DNA of 64,000 bases from the human T2T-CHM13v2.0 reference genome, Homo sapiens. Positions 1-16,475 of this stretch are shown here, in pieces. The notes beneath the pieces are model-generated. The model was given only the letters and a program-made list of their open reading frames with translations, did not search any database and was not told the origin of the DNA. Position 1 is the first letter of the stretch, and the number at the start of each line of letters is the position of its first letter. Made by a program: the position numbers and the translations under genes. Where the stretch lies: NCBI RefSeq assembly GCF_009914755.1, contig NC_060938.1. One strand, written 5' to 3'.

Positions 1-315
1 CTGAGAGCCCGATGGGCCACCAGCAGAGACCGGCACTGAATCCTGCCATGGTCCGCTTCCCAGGGACCGGCCAGCCACCTAGAGGCAGACGACTGCACTG
101 GGCCACTTCATCATGGAAAGGGGTAGCACTTTGTTCTCGCTGGAATAGATATTGACTCTGGATGAAATTTGCCTTCCCTGCCCTCAATGCTTCTGCCAAA
201 ATGTACACCCATGGGCCTACCAAGTCCTTTCGGCATTGACACAGCAATGACTACCTTGAGCTTGTCTCAGTCCATTTAGCATTCCCATGAGGACTATGAG
301 AGACTGGATAATTTA

Positions 316-1130
<815 letters not shown>

Positions 1131-2093
1131 GAAGGAGGGTGCCAGGCTCTTTTCAACCGCCAGTTCCCGTGGAAACTAAGAGCCTGTTCATGAGGGATCT
1201 GCTCCTCTGAGCAAAACACCCCCCCACCAGGCCTCCACGGCTAACACCCAGGGCCAAATTTCAAGAAGAGACTTGATGGAACCAAACAAACCCTATGCAA
1301 ACTATAGCAAAGCTGGATGTTGAAACTGCCATCCGGTCACTTTGAGCTCCTCATACCGCTGAGTCAACAAGCGAAGAAGGGGGGTCACTGTACTGGCTGG
1401 GGTGATTGATCCTGATCAATCCCGATCAAGGAGAGATTGGATTGCCAATGCACCCATGAATTGCAGGAGACCCTTGGGTGTTTTCTATTCCTCCCCTGCC
1501 CTGTGATTAAAACCAATGAAAATCTTTACCAGCCCAATTCAGGCAGAACCTCCAATGGCCCAAAGTCTTCATGAATCAATGCTTGGGGCACTCTACAAAG
1601 CAAAAAACCATGAGTAGCTGGAATGCTCGCTAAAGCCAAAGGGAATATGAAATGGCCATTGGAAGGAGTTAGTTATCAATGCCTGTTAGGACGATGTAAC
1701 CAGTGGCAGAAATGAGGACTGTAATAACCATGGGTCTTTCTTCCTTATTTTGAATATGTTTATATGTATGTGTATTTTTTGTTTTCTTTTCTTATCTCAT
1801 CATCTAGCATAAGATGCGGAACCAGTAGTTAGCTTCGTATCTCAGTATCTAGGCTGCAGAATTTAAAACAGGCAGTGTGAGTGAGCTAGAAGAATCAACC
1901 TTGTCCAAAGGGGAAAAAAGGACTTTCTATCCTCTTCTGGGGAAAGGTTAGTGTATTTGTAGGTATAGGCAGGGCTGTTGTGTAATGTGTAGCTGTAAGA
2001 TAGTTGTGTAATCCAGAAGGATGACTTTGTGAGTCTCATTCATACTTTGGAGAGGAGATGGGGCCTGGGTGTCAAGTTGACAAGAGGTGGACT

Positions 2094-2690
2094 TTGGTGT
2101 ATGGGTAATGTATCAGCTTAGCGAGGCTGAGTTATGTTACCCAGAACTTCCTTTCCTGTGTATTTTTGGTGAGAGTGGGCCACAGTATTGACTCCGGGGA
2201 GACTGAGAAGGCAGGGTGAAGGAACAGCCGTTGTGTAACTCACCTATGAGGTTGCTGATATTCCGATCACCTCATTGACATGAGACTGGCTGGGCCCATG
2301 GCTGCACCACACCCCCGGATCCTCCTTCTGCTTCCCTGGCTCCTGGGCCAGGCATGTGTGTTTCGCTCTGCGATGAAAGCCCTGGGATCCTGTGGGCTAC
2401 TCATACCAATTTTAGAGGCAAAAAGAATTGAGCCGGGTGTGCTTGTCCTTGTGGGGCCCGCTCTGCTATGGACCCCGGCTCGCTCTCGATCTGCCCACTT
2501 TACATTTCTCTTGCCTTCCCCACTGCCTTCTGTTCTCCGAGCTCCAGCCTCGGATGCAAAGACAACAGACTTACAGAGACTGCCTAGCCAGGCCCCACAG
2601 TTGTGTGAGGTCAACTCCCTGCAATGGATCCCTTTCTCTCCCTCTCTGTCTGAGTGGCTCGGCTCCGCTGATGGGGTCCTGGCTTGTACA
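2094..2690 (+). mobile_element. ERVL 3' LTR (LTR52/LTR53-like; subfamily uncertain)
   Basis: Begins right after the PPT with gggtaatgtatcagcttagcgaggctg..cccagaacttcctttcctgt and ends ..ctggcttgtaca. Confidence 0.65.
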
Positions 2691-3171
2691 GTTTCCAAGC
2701 CATGGCTCTCAACTACTATGTGACTCAAACCCACCATTGCAGTGGGTGTTGGAAGAGACCAGTGCGACAAGACACATGCGAAAGGGTTTTCACCTTCGTT
2801 CACTTAGGAAATGCGTCCCAGCCTCTTCTAGGAGCAGTGCCCAATGTGGGTACTGCGGACACATCAGACTCAGTCCCTCATTTGAAGTTGTTTCCAGCTT
2901 AGGCCTTGTAAATTCTATATAATTGTCAGAAGTTATTATAAAAATCCCAGAGGTGGCAGTTCTTCTGCAAGCAACATTTTTCATCATTGGTATACAATGA
3001 TGAGACATTGGCATACAAAAAGATTTAATTACCTATTCATAAAACAGTTGCCCTCAATTTTAGCATCTGTCAATTAGACTTTTTTGTGTGTGCCACCCTT
3101 TTCTCCCTGTCTGCTGCCAGAAAAATAGAGGAGGAGGATTCATTCATGTTAATTGTTGGGCTTAATTATGG

Positions 3172-3527
3172 TTTTTTTTTTTTTTTTTGAGAAAGGGCTT
3201 CATTCTGTTGTCCAGGCTAGAGCGCAGTGGCACGATCATAACTTACTGCAGCCTCAAACTTCTGGGCTCAAGTGATCTTGTCTCAGCCTCCTGAGTAGCT
3301 AGGACTACAGGTGTGTGCCACCATACCTGGCTAATGTTTAAAATTTCTTTCTTTTTTTTTTTTTGTAGAGGCAGAGGTCTAACTATGTTGCCCGGGCTGG
3401 TCTCAAACTCCTGGCCTCAAGGGATCCTCTTGCCTCAACCTCCAAGTAGCTGGCACAACAAGTGTGTGCCACCACGCCTGACTAATTTTTACATTTTTTG
3501 TAGAGATGAGTTATCGCTGTGTTGCCT
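3172..3527 (-). mobile_element. Composite AluJ/FLAM element (right arm + monomer + truncated left arm)
   Basis: Three Alu-type segments separated by T-runs, all within one TSD tgggcttaattatg (3157-3170 and 3527-3540). Confidence 0.85.
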
Positions 3528-3571
3528 GGGCTTAATTATGCATGATTGAAACAAGAGAGTGAGATACCAAT

Positions 3572-4010
3572 TGTTGCAGGTGGGGTTCCCCTGGAAGTAT
3601 ACACTGAGTGGAAATTTACGTACAAGAGATTTTTTGAGAAATGTTCTCCTGATCAACACCTCCCGAGGAGGGTGGGGGTGAAGGAACCAAGAAGGGCGGT
3701 GGGATGAGTTTAATTGCTCTGCAGTTGCGACAAAGTCTCAGACAATCCCCATGGAGCTTTAGACATCCTCTCAGAGTTGTCCCACATTGGGGTGGGGGTT
3801 GGGGAGGAGTCTTTGTATCTCCATATTGACCTATCTTTGGATATGGATTGCCACAGGAGAGGGCCTTTGACCGTGGGCAGTGAGGCTTTCTTCAGCCAAA
3901 GGCATGGCACCAGGGAGAGGTGGACCCAGCTGAGTGCTGTCAGCCACCAACCATTCCAGCAGCTGGGGAAATTAATGCTTCAGTCCCAAATAGCACAGGT
4001 TACAGTCCAC
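3572..4010 (-). mobile_element. LTR16-family 3' LTR of ERVL provirus
   Basis: tgttgcaggtggggttcccctgg start; LTR16 motifs cagagttgtcccacattggg and gaccgtgggcagtgaggc; homologous to 16959-17396. Confidence 0.8.
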
Positions 4011-4570
4011 ACCTCATGCCACTTGACTCCCCTTATTTCATATGATAATTCCTGAGAGCGACTCCTCCTGGATTCTATGGGCCTCTTTTCCTGGGGACAA
4101 GTTGCGAGAGGAGCATTGCTGGGATGAACCGACTGCCCCGACCACAGCAGCTGATCTTTAGGCCGTGACTGATGCTCATTGTCTCCCACCTCCACCACCC
4201 ATTCCAGGTTTTTCTCATCCCAGTGTAGTACCTGTAATGATCTAGGCGGCTCATAGGGTTGAGTGACTCAGACCCTCATTTCTGAGGGGTCTGAAACCTT
4301 CGTCACCATGCACTGGCTTTGGTCATGACTGTGGCACTTGCCCACTTATGATCAAATTGGGCCAAACTGTGCCAAGAAATGCCCAGAAAATAACCTGGGT
4401 GCCAAATGTGTTCCTTCCTGGCTCCATAATGTAATAGAAACCCTATCTCTTTCTGATGATCAGGGTTGATTTCTCCTGCCAGAATGGTGACCCCTTTCCT
4501 TGCCTACTGGTCTCTTGATAGGAGGAGCCTGAAGTGACTGGCAGTAGTGGAGCTTAAAGTTAAATGGGGA
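4011..4570 (-). mobile_element. HERV16/ERV3-16A3-like ERVL internal, 3' end and dUTPase remnant
   Basis: Minus-strand degenerate translation FNFKL..HFRLLLSRDQ..RKGVTILAGEINPDHQKEIGFLLH resembles ERVL dUTPase. Confidence 0.75.
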
Positions 4571-5708
4571 GAAAGGTGGAAGGAGGACCACAGCAAATCC
4601 TGTCCCTATAAGAACAATGATAAAATTGGACAAAATTGCCAAAAACAACCATTTCGGAACTCTGGACATTAACCAAAGACAAATAACAAATGGAAAGACA
4701 TTTATTTAATAAAAACAGCTGAGCCTTTGTTGACAGTGGCGGGGTCTGTGCCATTTCAACACAGGGCTGCTCCCACCCACCTCTCTCTGAACTCTGTGGT
4801 GTGGCAACCATAAACCCAGAAGTCTTGCTGCTGCTAGAGGGGGCTGATCTAATTTGGAGCTCCATAGAAAAGCACAATGTCCAGAAACACTGTCAAAACA
4901 GAGGCCATCTCTATAGCAGACAATCAAAGAAGGCCAATGTCACAGCTACCTAAGTCTGTGACACTGACTTGGGAAAGCAGCAACCAGCCAAAAATTTACA
5001 AGAAAGAGCTGGGAAATAAGACAACCATAGGGGCTTTGATAAACCTGACACATTTCTAAGAATCTGGAATGCTGTGCACTTGCCCAAGGTGTAGGAATGT
5101 GCAGGAGAGAGTGGAGAGGGCCCAGTTATCTGTTTGTTCCTGGCTGACCACGAGGCCCTGCACAAACAGCAAGTGAAGGTGGGCACACTTGTAAACTGCC
5201 TGCCCTCTGAGTGTGTGCCTCACCACACCAAAGGGCAGAAATCTTACTGGCTGAAGGTGTTTAAGCAAAACCTCTGACCAATCATTGGCTGCCTATTAAG
5301 GATGCTTACCCAGATTATGCTTAATCTATAGAAAAGGTTTAAAATGAAGGCAGGAATTAAGCAAACAAACAAATAAGATTTCCATGTTTGCACACTGGAG
5401 GGGAGACCGGCTCTAAATAATTTATCCAGGCAAGTCACTAAACACACAAATAAATGCAGCAATAGCCTCTAGGGGAGACAAATCAGAACTCAGATTTGTT
5501 ATAATATTTATCCAAAGCTTCTAGTTTCCAAAAACATGGTGAAACATACAAATAAATAGAAAAATGTGGTCATACACAGAAAAGAAGCAGTGCATACAAG
5601 CTATCTCTGAGCAAGCTCAGATATTGGACTTGGTAGACAATGACTTAAAATAATTTACTATAAACATGTTCAAAGGTCTAAAGGAATCTATGTTTAAATA
5701 ATTAAAGC

Positions 5709-5855
5709 AGCTGGGTGTGGTGGTACATGCCTGTAATCCTAGCTCCTCAGGAGGCTGAGGTGGGAGGATCACCTGAGGCCAGGAGTTTGAGACAAGGCTG
5801 GAGAACACAGCAAAACCCTATTTCAAAAAAAAAAACAAAAAACAGAAAACAAAGA
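5709..5855 (+). mobile_element. FLAM (Alu monomer)
   Basis: Single 7SL-derived monomer with A-rich tail. Confidence 0.85.
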
Positions 5856-6247
5856 AATAATGTAAAGTATGAGACAACAATGTCTAACCAACAGAGAAAG
5901 TCAACAAAAAGATACAAAGTATTAATGAGAACTATATAGAAACTTTGGAATTGAAAAGTATAATACCTGAAATGAAAATTTACTAGAGGTGCTCGACAGC
6001 AGGTTTGAGCTAGAGGAAGAAGGACTCAGCAAACTTGAAGACAAGCAATAGAAACCATTTAGTCTACAGAACAGAAAGAAAAAAGAACAGAATAAAATGA
6101 ACAGCACTTCTCAGAGACCTGTGGGACAACATCAAGTGAAAGGGGTAAAACCTTTTTTTTTCTTTTAAAGAATAGCTGAAAATGTCCCAAATTTGCTTAA
6201 AAATATTAGTATGTAAATACAATAAGCTTAACAAACTCCAAGTGGAA

Positions 6248-6614
6248 TGTCTTAGTCTGTTTGGACTGCTTTAACAAAATTCCATCAACTAGGTGGCTTA
6301 GATACAACAGAAATTTATTTCTTACAGTTCCAGAGACTGGGAAGTCTAAGATCAAGGTGCCAGCAGATTCAGTGTCTTGTGAGGGCTGGCTTTCTGGTTC
6401 ACAGATGGTGCCTTCTCACTGTGTCCTCACATGGCAGAAGGGGTGAAGAAGCTCTCTTGGGCCTATTTTATAAGGACACTGATCCCATTCACAAAGGCTC
6501 TGCCCTCATAGCTTAATCTACAAAAGGCCCACCTCCTACTACCATTGGGGTTAGGATTTCAGCATATGAATTTCAGCATATAAATTTTGTGACACAAACC
6601 TTCAGATCATAGCA
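6248..6614 (-). mobile_element. MaLR solo LTR (MLT1A/MLT1A0-like)
   Basis: tgtcttagtctg...cagatcatagca termini; gggaagtctaagatcaaggtgccagcag motif; TSD-like tggaa/tagaa. Confidence 0.88.
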
Positions 6615-7431
6615 TAGAATAAACTCAAAGAAATCCACACCTAGACACACCATAGGCAAAGACTGTGACTATAACATATGTCATCAAAGACAAAGTCTTC
6701 AAGGGAACAACAGTAAAATGACTCATCATGTATAAGAGAACCACAATCAGATTACAGCTAATTTATCTTCAGAAACAATGGAAGCTGGAAGGCAGTAGGA
6801 TATTCAAAGTGTTGAAAGAAGAAACCAATCAATCAAGAATTTATATCCATCAAAATTATCTTTCAAACCTGAAGGCAAAATAAGGACATCCCAAGATAAA
6901 CAGACGGGAAGGATTCTTTGCTAGCAGACCTGCCTTACAAAAAATGCTAAAGGAAGTCCTTCAGGCTAAAGAAAATCACATCATACGATAACTTGAATCT
7001 CCATGAAGAAATAAAGAGCACTTGTGAAGGTAAATGTAAATGTTAGCATAAATATGTTTTTTTACTTGTTTATTCTCTTAATTGATGTAAAACATAACTG
7101 AATAAAGCAATAATTATAAAACTGTATTGTTAGGCTTGTAATATATCAAGATGCATTTTATAAGACAGTATTAGCACAAAGAAATGAGAAAAGAAGGAAG
7201 ATATATTGGAGCAAAATTTCTATATCTTATTGGAATAAAGTTAGTTTTAATCCCATACAGATTATTTTAAATTAAAGTGCATATTGTAATGTTCAGAATA
7301 ACTTTTAAGAAAATAAAATTTAAAATATAGTGAAAATAAGGCATTAAAATGGTACACTGTGAAATATCTATTTAACACAAAAGAATGCACTAACAGGAAG
7401 AGAGAAGCAAAAGACATCAGAAATATAGAAA

Positions 7432-7617
7432 ACAAATAGCAAAATGTCAGATGTAAATTAAACCATATCAATAATTACACCAAATATAAACACTCAGATC
7501 CAAAGACAGATTGTCACATTGTACAAATAGCAAAATGTCAGATGTAAATTAAACCATATCAATAATTACATCAAATATAAGCACTCAAATCAAAAGATAG
7601 AGATTGTCAGATTGTAC
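7432..7617 (+). repeat. ~91-bp tandem duplication inside L1
   Basis: acaaatagcaaaatgtcagatgtaaattaaaccatatcaataattaca... occurs at 7432 and 7523. Confidence 0.9.
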
Positions 7618-7733
7618 GAAAAACCAGAATCCAACTATATACTATTTACAAAAAAAAGACACTTTATTAGATTCAGAAAATAGGTTGAAAGTAAAAGAAT
7701 AGAAAAAACATACCAAGAAAACAGTAACTATAA

Positions 7734-8012
<279 letters not shown>

Positions 8013-8249
8013 GAGTGGCTATATTAATATCAGGAAAATAGACCTTTAAGACAAAAAGAAGTTACCAAAAAAAAAAAAAAAAAAAAAGGAGGAGACGTTT
8101 TGTAATGATGAAAGAGTCAGTCAAGAGGACACAAAAATCCTAAACCTTTATGTGCCTAATAAGAGTTTCAAAATACATGAAACAAAAACTGATATAAATA
8201 CAAAGAGAAATAGATAACTTTCCACTTGTAGAAGATTTCAATACTCCTT

Positions 8250-8890
<641 letters not shown>

Positions 8891-9802
8891 GTATACAGAA
8901 AATTAGTAAGGTTATAGAAGCCTTGAACCACCCTATCAATCAACTTCCCCAAACCAATCTCTATAGAACACTCCACTCAGCAGCAGCAGAACAGCCACTC
9001 TTTCCAAGGGTACATGATACATTCTCCAGGGTGGACCAAAGTCTAGGTCACAAAACATGTCTCAGCAAATTAAAAAAGATGAAATCATAAAAAGTATGTG
9101 CTTTAATCACAACGGAATTAAATGAGAAAACAACAACAGAAAGAAATTTAGGGAATCCAAAGTATTTTGAACTGAATGAGAACAAAAACATGACATGTCA
9201 ACATTTCTTGATTCGGCTAATGGAGTGCTTAAAAGAGAATACACAGTCTATGTTAGGAAAGAAGGAGGATCTCAAATCAGCAGTCTAACCTTTCACCTTA
9301 CCAATTTATGTAAGAAAGAACACACTAAATCCAAGGCAAGCAGAATGAAGGAAATAAAGATGAGAATGGAAAGCAAGTTTGTAGAAAAGGGATAGACCAC
9401 AGAGAAAACCAAAGAAACCAAAAGTATGTTTTTTGGAAAAGATCAACAAAATTAAAAAAAAACCCTTTAGCTAACGTGATCAAGAAAAGCAGGAGACTGC
9501 TCAGATAACCAAAATCAGTAATGAAAGAGAGACATAACCTCTGACCCCATAGAATTCATAAAAAATTATAACAGAATACTGTGGACAACTTTACCCCAAC
9601 AAATTAGGCAATTGAGTAAATGGATAAACTTCTAGCAAAACACAAATCCCCAAAATTCACTCTAGAAGAAGTAGAAAATCTGAATATACTTAGAACAAGC
9701 CAAAAAATTGATACTTTTAAAAGTCTGTCCACAAAGGAAAGCCTGAGCCTAGGGAGCCTCACTAATGAATTCTACCAAATGTTTAAAGAAGAAATAATGT
9801 CA

Positions 9803-10110
9803 GGTCAGGCGTGGTGGCTCACGCCTGTAATCCCAGCACTTTGGGAGGCCAAGGTGGGCAGATCACGAGGTCAGGAGTTTGAGACCAGCCTCACCAACAT
9901 AGTGAAACCCCGTCTGTACTAAAAATACAAAAGTTAGCTGGGCATGGTGGTGCATGCCTGTAATCCCAGCTACTCAGGAGGATGAGGCAGGAGGATTCCT
10001 TGAACCCGCGAGGAGGAGCTTGCAGTGAGCCGAGATGGCGCCACTGCACTCCAGCCTGGGCAAAAGAGCGAGACTCTGTCTCAAAAAATGAAAAAAGAAG
10101 TTAAAAAAAA
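9803..10110 (+). mobile_element. AluS
   Basis: Full dimer; TSD aaagaagaa(a/t)taatgtca. Confidence 0.93.
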
Positions 10111-11571
10111 GAAGAATTAATGTCACTATTCCACAAACTCTTCCCAAAGATAGAGGACAAAGGGATATTTTTGTCCTTCTTTGAGGCTGGTATTACCCTG
10201 GTCCCAAAGCTAGACAAAGACATCACAAAAAAATAATATTACAGACCAATCCCCTCATGAATATAGAGGAAAAAAAACCCTCAATGAAATATCAAAGTGA
10301 ATTCACCACTATAGAAACAGGATTACATATCATGACCAAATGGAATTTGTCTGAAAAATAAAAGGCTGGATTAACATCCAAAAATCAATTCATGTAATGC
10401 ACTGTGTTAATACAATAAGGAGCAAAACCCACAAGACCATCTCAATAGACAGAGAAAAACTCATTTGACAAAATTCAGCGAGTATTCACAATTAAAAAAG
10501 AAAAAAAAAAAACCCTCCCAGCAAACCTGGAATAGATGGGAACTTTATTAACCTGATAAAGAGAGGCTATAAAAATCCTATACCTAACGTCAGACTTAAT
10601 GGTGACAGACTAAATGCTTTCTCCTTAACAGGAGTTGCAAGGCAAAGATTTTCACTCTTGCGCCTTCTATTTAATGTTGCACCGGAGGTTTTAGACAGTG
10701 CAGTCAGATGTAATAAATAAAGACATCCAGATTGGAAAGGAAACTGTCTTTATTTAGATGACATGATCTTGTATGGAGAAAATCCTAAGGAATTCACAAA
10801 AATACTATGACAATAAATAAAGAAACTCAGCAAGGACACAAGATCAATATACAAAAATCAACTGCATTTCTTTATATTAGCAATGAACAATTGCTAATCT
10901 GGAAATGAAATTGAGAAAGTGACTCCATTCAACAGCATCACAAAGAATAAAAGCCTTAGGAATAAATTTAATAAAAGAAGTGTAAGATTTGTACACTGAA
11001 AACTATAAAACATTGCCAAGGGAAATGAAAGAATATCTAAATAAATGGAGGCGTTTCATATTCATGAATTAGAAGAATCAATACTGTTAAGATGGCAATT
11101 CTCCCCAAATTGATCTGTAGAGTCAACACAATCCCTATCAAAATCCCAGAAGGCTTTTTCACAGAAATTGACAAGCTGATTTTAAAATTTATATGGAAAT
11201 GAAAAGACCCAGAATAGCAAAAACAATTTTAAAAAAACAAAACAAAACAAGAGGGCTTTCATTTCCCACTTCCAAAATGCATTTTACAGCTTTGGTAACG
11301 GAGGCAGCGTTACCTGGTGTAAGAGTGGGCATGCTGCGTAGATAAATGAAACAAAGCTGAGAGTCCAGTGAGAAGCTGTTACATTTACGGTCAATTGAGT
11401 TTTGATAAAGGTGTCAATGTCTTTCAATGGGAAAGGCTAGGTTTTTAACAAATGGTGCTGGGACAGCTGACTATCCACATGCAGAAAGGCAAACTTCATA
11501 CCATTCACAAAAGAAATCGCCCAAAACGACTGTAGGCCTAAATATAAGTGCTTACACTATAAAACTTTCCT

Positions 11572-12253
<682 letters not shown>

Positions 12254-12739
12254 TAAAAGCATACTGTATAAAGTAAAAAATTGATGAATCGGTCTTCACC
12301 AAAATAATAAAATGTTTGCAATTCAAAAGACATCATTAGGAAAATGAAAAGACAAGCCATAGACTGAAAAATATTTGTAAATCGTATATTTGATAAAGGA
12401 CTTGTGTCGAGAACATACAGATAACTCAACAAGAAGACAAACATCCAATTAAAAAATGGGGAAAGGATTTTAATAGATATTTCACCAAAAAAATAAACAA
12501 ATGACTAATAAGCGCTTGAAGAGATGCTCAACACCATTAGTCATGAGGGAAATGCAAATGTGAGTCACAATGAGATACCACTTCATACACACTAGAATGG
12601 CTATAATTAAATAGGCAGACAATAATAAATGCTAGTTAGAGTGTGTGGAAATGGGCTTTCTCATACATGGCTGGAGGAAATGTAAAACAGTACAGCTACT
12701 TGGGAAAGTGTTTTGGCTTTTTCTTTAAAAGTTAAACAT

Positions 12740-12864
12740 TTACCTATTGGGTACAATATTCAATATTTGGGCTACGTGTACATGAAAAGCCCAGTCTTCA
12801 CCACTGCGCAATATATCCATGGACCAAAACTGCACTCAATACCCCCTGAATCTATGCAAAAAAA
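12740..12864 (+). mobile_element. Short 3' stub of a younger L1 (L1MA1-3/L1PB-like)
   Basis: acctattgggtacaat..aaaagcccagtcttcaccact..aaaactgcact; TSD aaaagttaaacat. Confidence 0.8.
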
Positions 12865-14119
12865 AGTTAAACATAAATTTGCTAAACGACCCAACTGTTC
12901 CTCTCCAAAATAGCTACTCGAGAGAAATGAAAACATAAGTTCACACAAAACTTGCATGTAAATGTTCATGGTAGCTTAATTTCTAATAGCCAAAAAAAAA
13001 AAAAAAAGGTAGAAATAACTCAAATGTCCGTCAACTGGTGAACTGACAAACGAAATGTGGTCTATCCATCCAATGGAATACTCTTCATCAAGAGAAAGGG
13101 AGGAAGTGCTGATGCAGGCTACAACATGGAGGAACCTCCGAAGACCACATACTGTATGATGCAATGTGTATGAAATGTCCAGAAAGAGCAAATAGAGACA
13201 GACGGAAAGTACATAGGCATTTGCCTCCGGCTGGGGGTTGAATGAAGATTAACTGTAAATGGGGCTGAGGGATCTTCTTGAGGTGATGGAAAGGTTCTAA
13301 ATCTGGATTACAAGGATGGTTGTAAAACACAGCAAATTTATTGAAAATCATTGACTTGCATACTTAAAATGGGTGAACTTTATGATGCAATGAAGCTGTA
13401 AAAATAAAGTTTAATGAGACTATTTCTGTGTTCCCTGGCAGAAGAATTTCCCCTTTGAGAACCAGGACCTCCCTGATCACAGGGCTTTGAGTTGCAGGAA
13501 TAAGAATAACAAACTCTTCAAATAGGTTGTAGGAGGGATTATTACAAGCAGGGCCATTCCTGCTTCTGCCCCTTCGTTCCTGGACCTATATAGGTATACA
13601 GGTTAACATTTCTATTTGATCTACCAGGGGCAGAACACCATATCATGGCCATTCATTTAGGGAATTTGCACCTTGGAGGACATGGGCTCATCTTCAGACT
13701 GGCATCTCAGCTTTGCCTAAAACAAACCATTCTGCTTCCTATCAGTCCACAGCATTTGGATGGCAGGGTCTGTAACTGATGGTGTGTCCTGTGGTTATGT
13801 GCACATGGTCACACCTCTTTTGCTGTGATTTTATGTGGGAGTCCATATTGGTGGATCAAGCACTGTAAATCTTCAGATGGGGTGAGGTGGGTGGGGGGAC
13901 GGGGTTGAGGGTGAGGTGGGAGCTCTCTGTGACTTTCTGGCCAGGAAAAGCAAACCACTTCCTGGATGTGATGGGGAATTTTATGTGTCAGCTTGGAAGA
14001 GGTTAACATTCCAGCCAGGGGCCTTGGGTACAGCGGATTGCCTTCCGCAATGCGGTGAGTGGCATCCTATAGGTGAAGGCTTGAGTAGGGCGAGCCTGAG
14101 CAAGGGGAATCCTCCAGAA

Positions 14120-14559
14120 CAGCGGTCCCTAGACTTTTTGGCACCAGGGACCGGTTTCGTGGAAGACAATTTTTCCATGGACCAGGGTTGGGGGATGGTT
14201 TGGGGATGATTCAATCTCATTACATTTATTGTGCACTTTATTTTTGTTATTATTACATTGTAATATACAATGAACTAATTATACAACTCACCATAATGTA
14301 GAATCAGTGGGAGCCCTGAGCTTGTTTTCCTGCAGCTAGACAGTCCCATCTGGGGGTGATGGGAGACAGTGACAGATCATCAGGCATTAGATTCTCATAA
14401 GCAGCGCTCAACCTAGATCCCTCCCATGCGCAGTTCACAGTAGGGTTTGTGCTCCTAAGAGAATCTGATGCCATCGCTGATCTGACAGGAGGCAGAGCTC
14501 AGCAGGTAATGCAAGCCATGGGGAAAAGCTTGCTCACCTGCCCGCCGCTCTCACTCCTG
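14120..14559 (-). mobile_element. MER1A (hAT-Charlie DNA transposon)
   Basis: cagcggtccc..tttttggcaccagggaccggtttcgtggaagacaattttt; 8-bp TSD ctccagaa at 14112 and 14560. Confidence 0.9.
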
Positions 14560-14671
14560 CTCCAGAAGGCTGCCTTCAGACTCCATCTGCACCGGCAGCT
14601 CTCCTGGGACTCCAGGCTGTCAGCCTCCTGAGCACATGAGCCAATTCCATATACTAAATCTCTCTGTCTAT

Positions 14672-15465
<794 letters not shown>

Positions 15466-16244
15466 CTATTGGTTCTGTTTCTCTAGAGAACTGACTAGTC
15501 CCCTGGGTATGTGTCAATTCTGGTCATGATGAATGGCTGCCTTTTCCAGGGTGGAAGGGTGCAGTGTAGGCTCTGCTGTTGCTGGGAGCTCTGGGAGCTC
15601 ACAATAGGGTTTGTGCTCCTAAGAGAATCTGATGCCATCACTGATCTGACAGGAGGCAGAGCTCAGCAGGTAATGCAAGCCATGGGGAAAGGCTGTAAAT
15701 ATGGATGAAGCTCAAAGGCTCTGCTGCTGCTGGGAGCTCACTGTTGGTTTCTGTTGCTGGCAGGTGGGACATTCAGCCTCAGGAGCTCCTGGGGCTGTAG
15801 CAGCCTACGTCAATGGGAGGCCATGTGGCCAGGCCCACGGCTATGGTCACAGCACGGGGTGGCCGATGACAGAGGCAGGCTGACATCAGCTGGCCAAGTC
15901 ATTCTGTCTCCTAAGGTCTGCATTGCCTCTTCCTTTGTATTGTGCTCAGCGGGCATTCACATGAATAGACCTTCCTCTGGCCACATGATACCCTTTCTCA
16001 AAGCACTCCCACCTGCCTCTTCCACAGACCTCCCCCTCCCTGATCTGCCACTCTTTTCTTTCTAGTCTCTGAGAAGTCAATCAAACTATTCTTCACTGGT
16101 CAAGAATCCTATATGCGCCATCCTTGAGCCAGGATGCTTTTCATACAAAGTGGATCACGGGGAGCCCCACCTGAAGCTCTGCCCAGTGGGAAGATTTGCC
16201 CTCACCATTGCATTCATAGAGCATGGTTCAGTCAAAAAGGCTGC

Positions 16245-16475
16245 ACTCACTTCTGCTCCCTCTCTCTTGGGACACTTGGTTTGGATCCTGGGCCCACCAT
16301 GTAGAAAATCCAGCTGCTCTGAAGCTTCCTCCTTGGACAGACCCACAGAGACACCCACATAGAGACAGATGTCCAAGGAGCACCAGCTCTTCCAGCTCCC
16401 AGCCGCTTGCCTTCCCTGCGCAGGTGCTAATAGGCATCTGAGTGAGTGAGCTTTCAGGTGATTCCAGCCCCAGCC
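16245..16475 (+). mobile_element. MLT1 (G/H-like) LTR fragment
   Basis: caccatgtagaaaatccagctgct..gagtgagtgagctttcaggtgattccagccccagcc motifs. Confidence 0.6.

Noticed and set aside
2267-2922. Overlapping 147-178 aa ORFs, one with a signal-peptide-like start
   Set aside because: They lie largely within a decayed ERVL LTR; chance ORFs.
13878-13920. G-rich potential G-quadruplex (also 45660-45686)
   Set aside because: Inside decayed repeats and common in GC-rich DNA; no supporting context.
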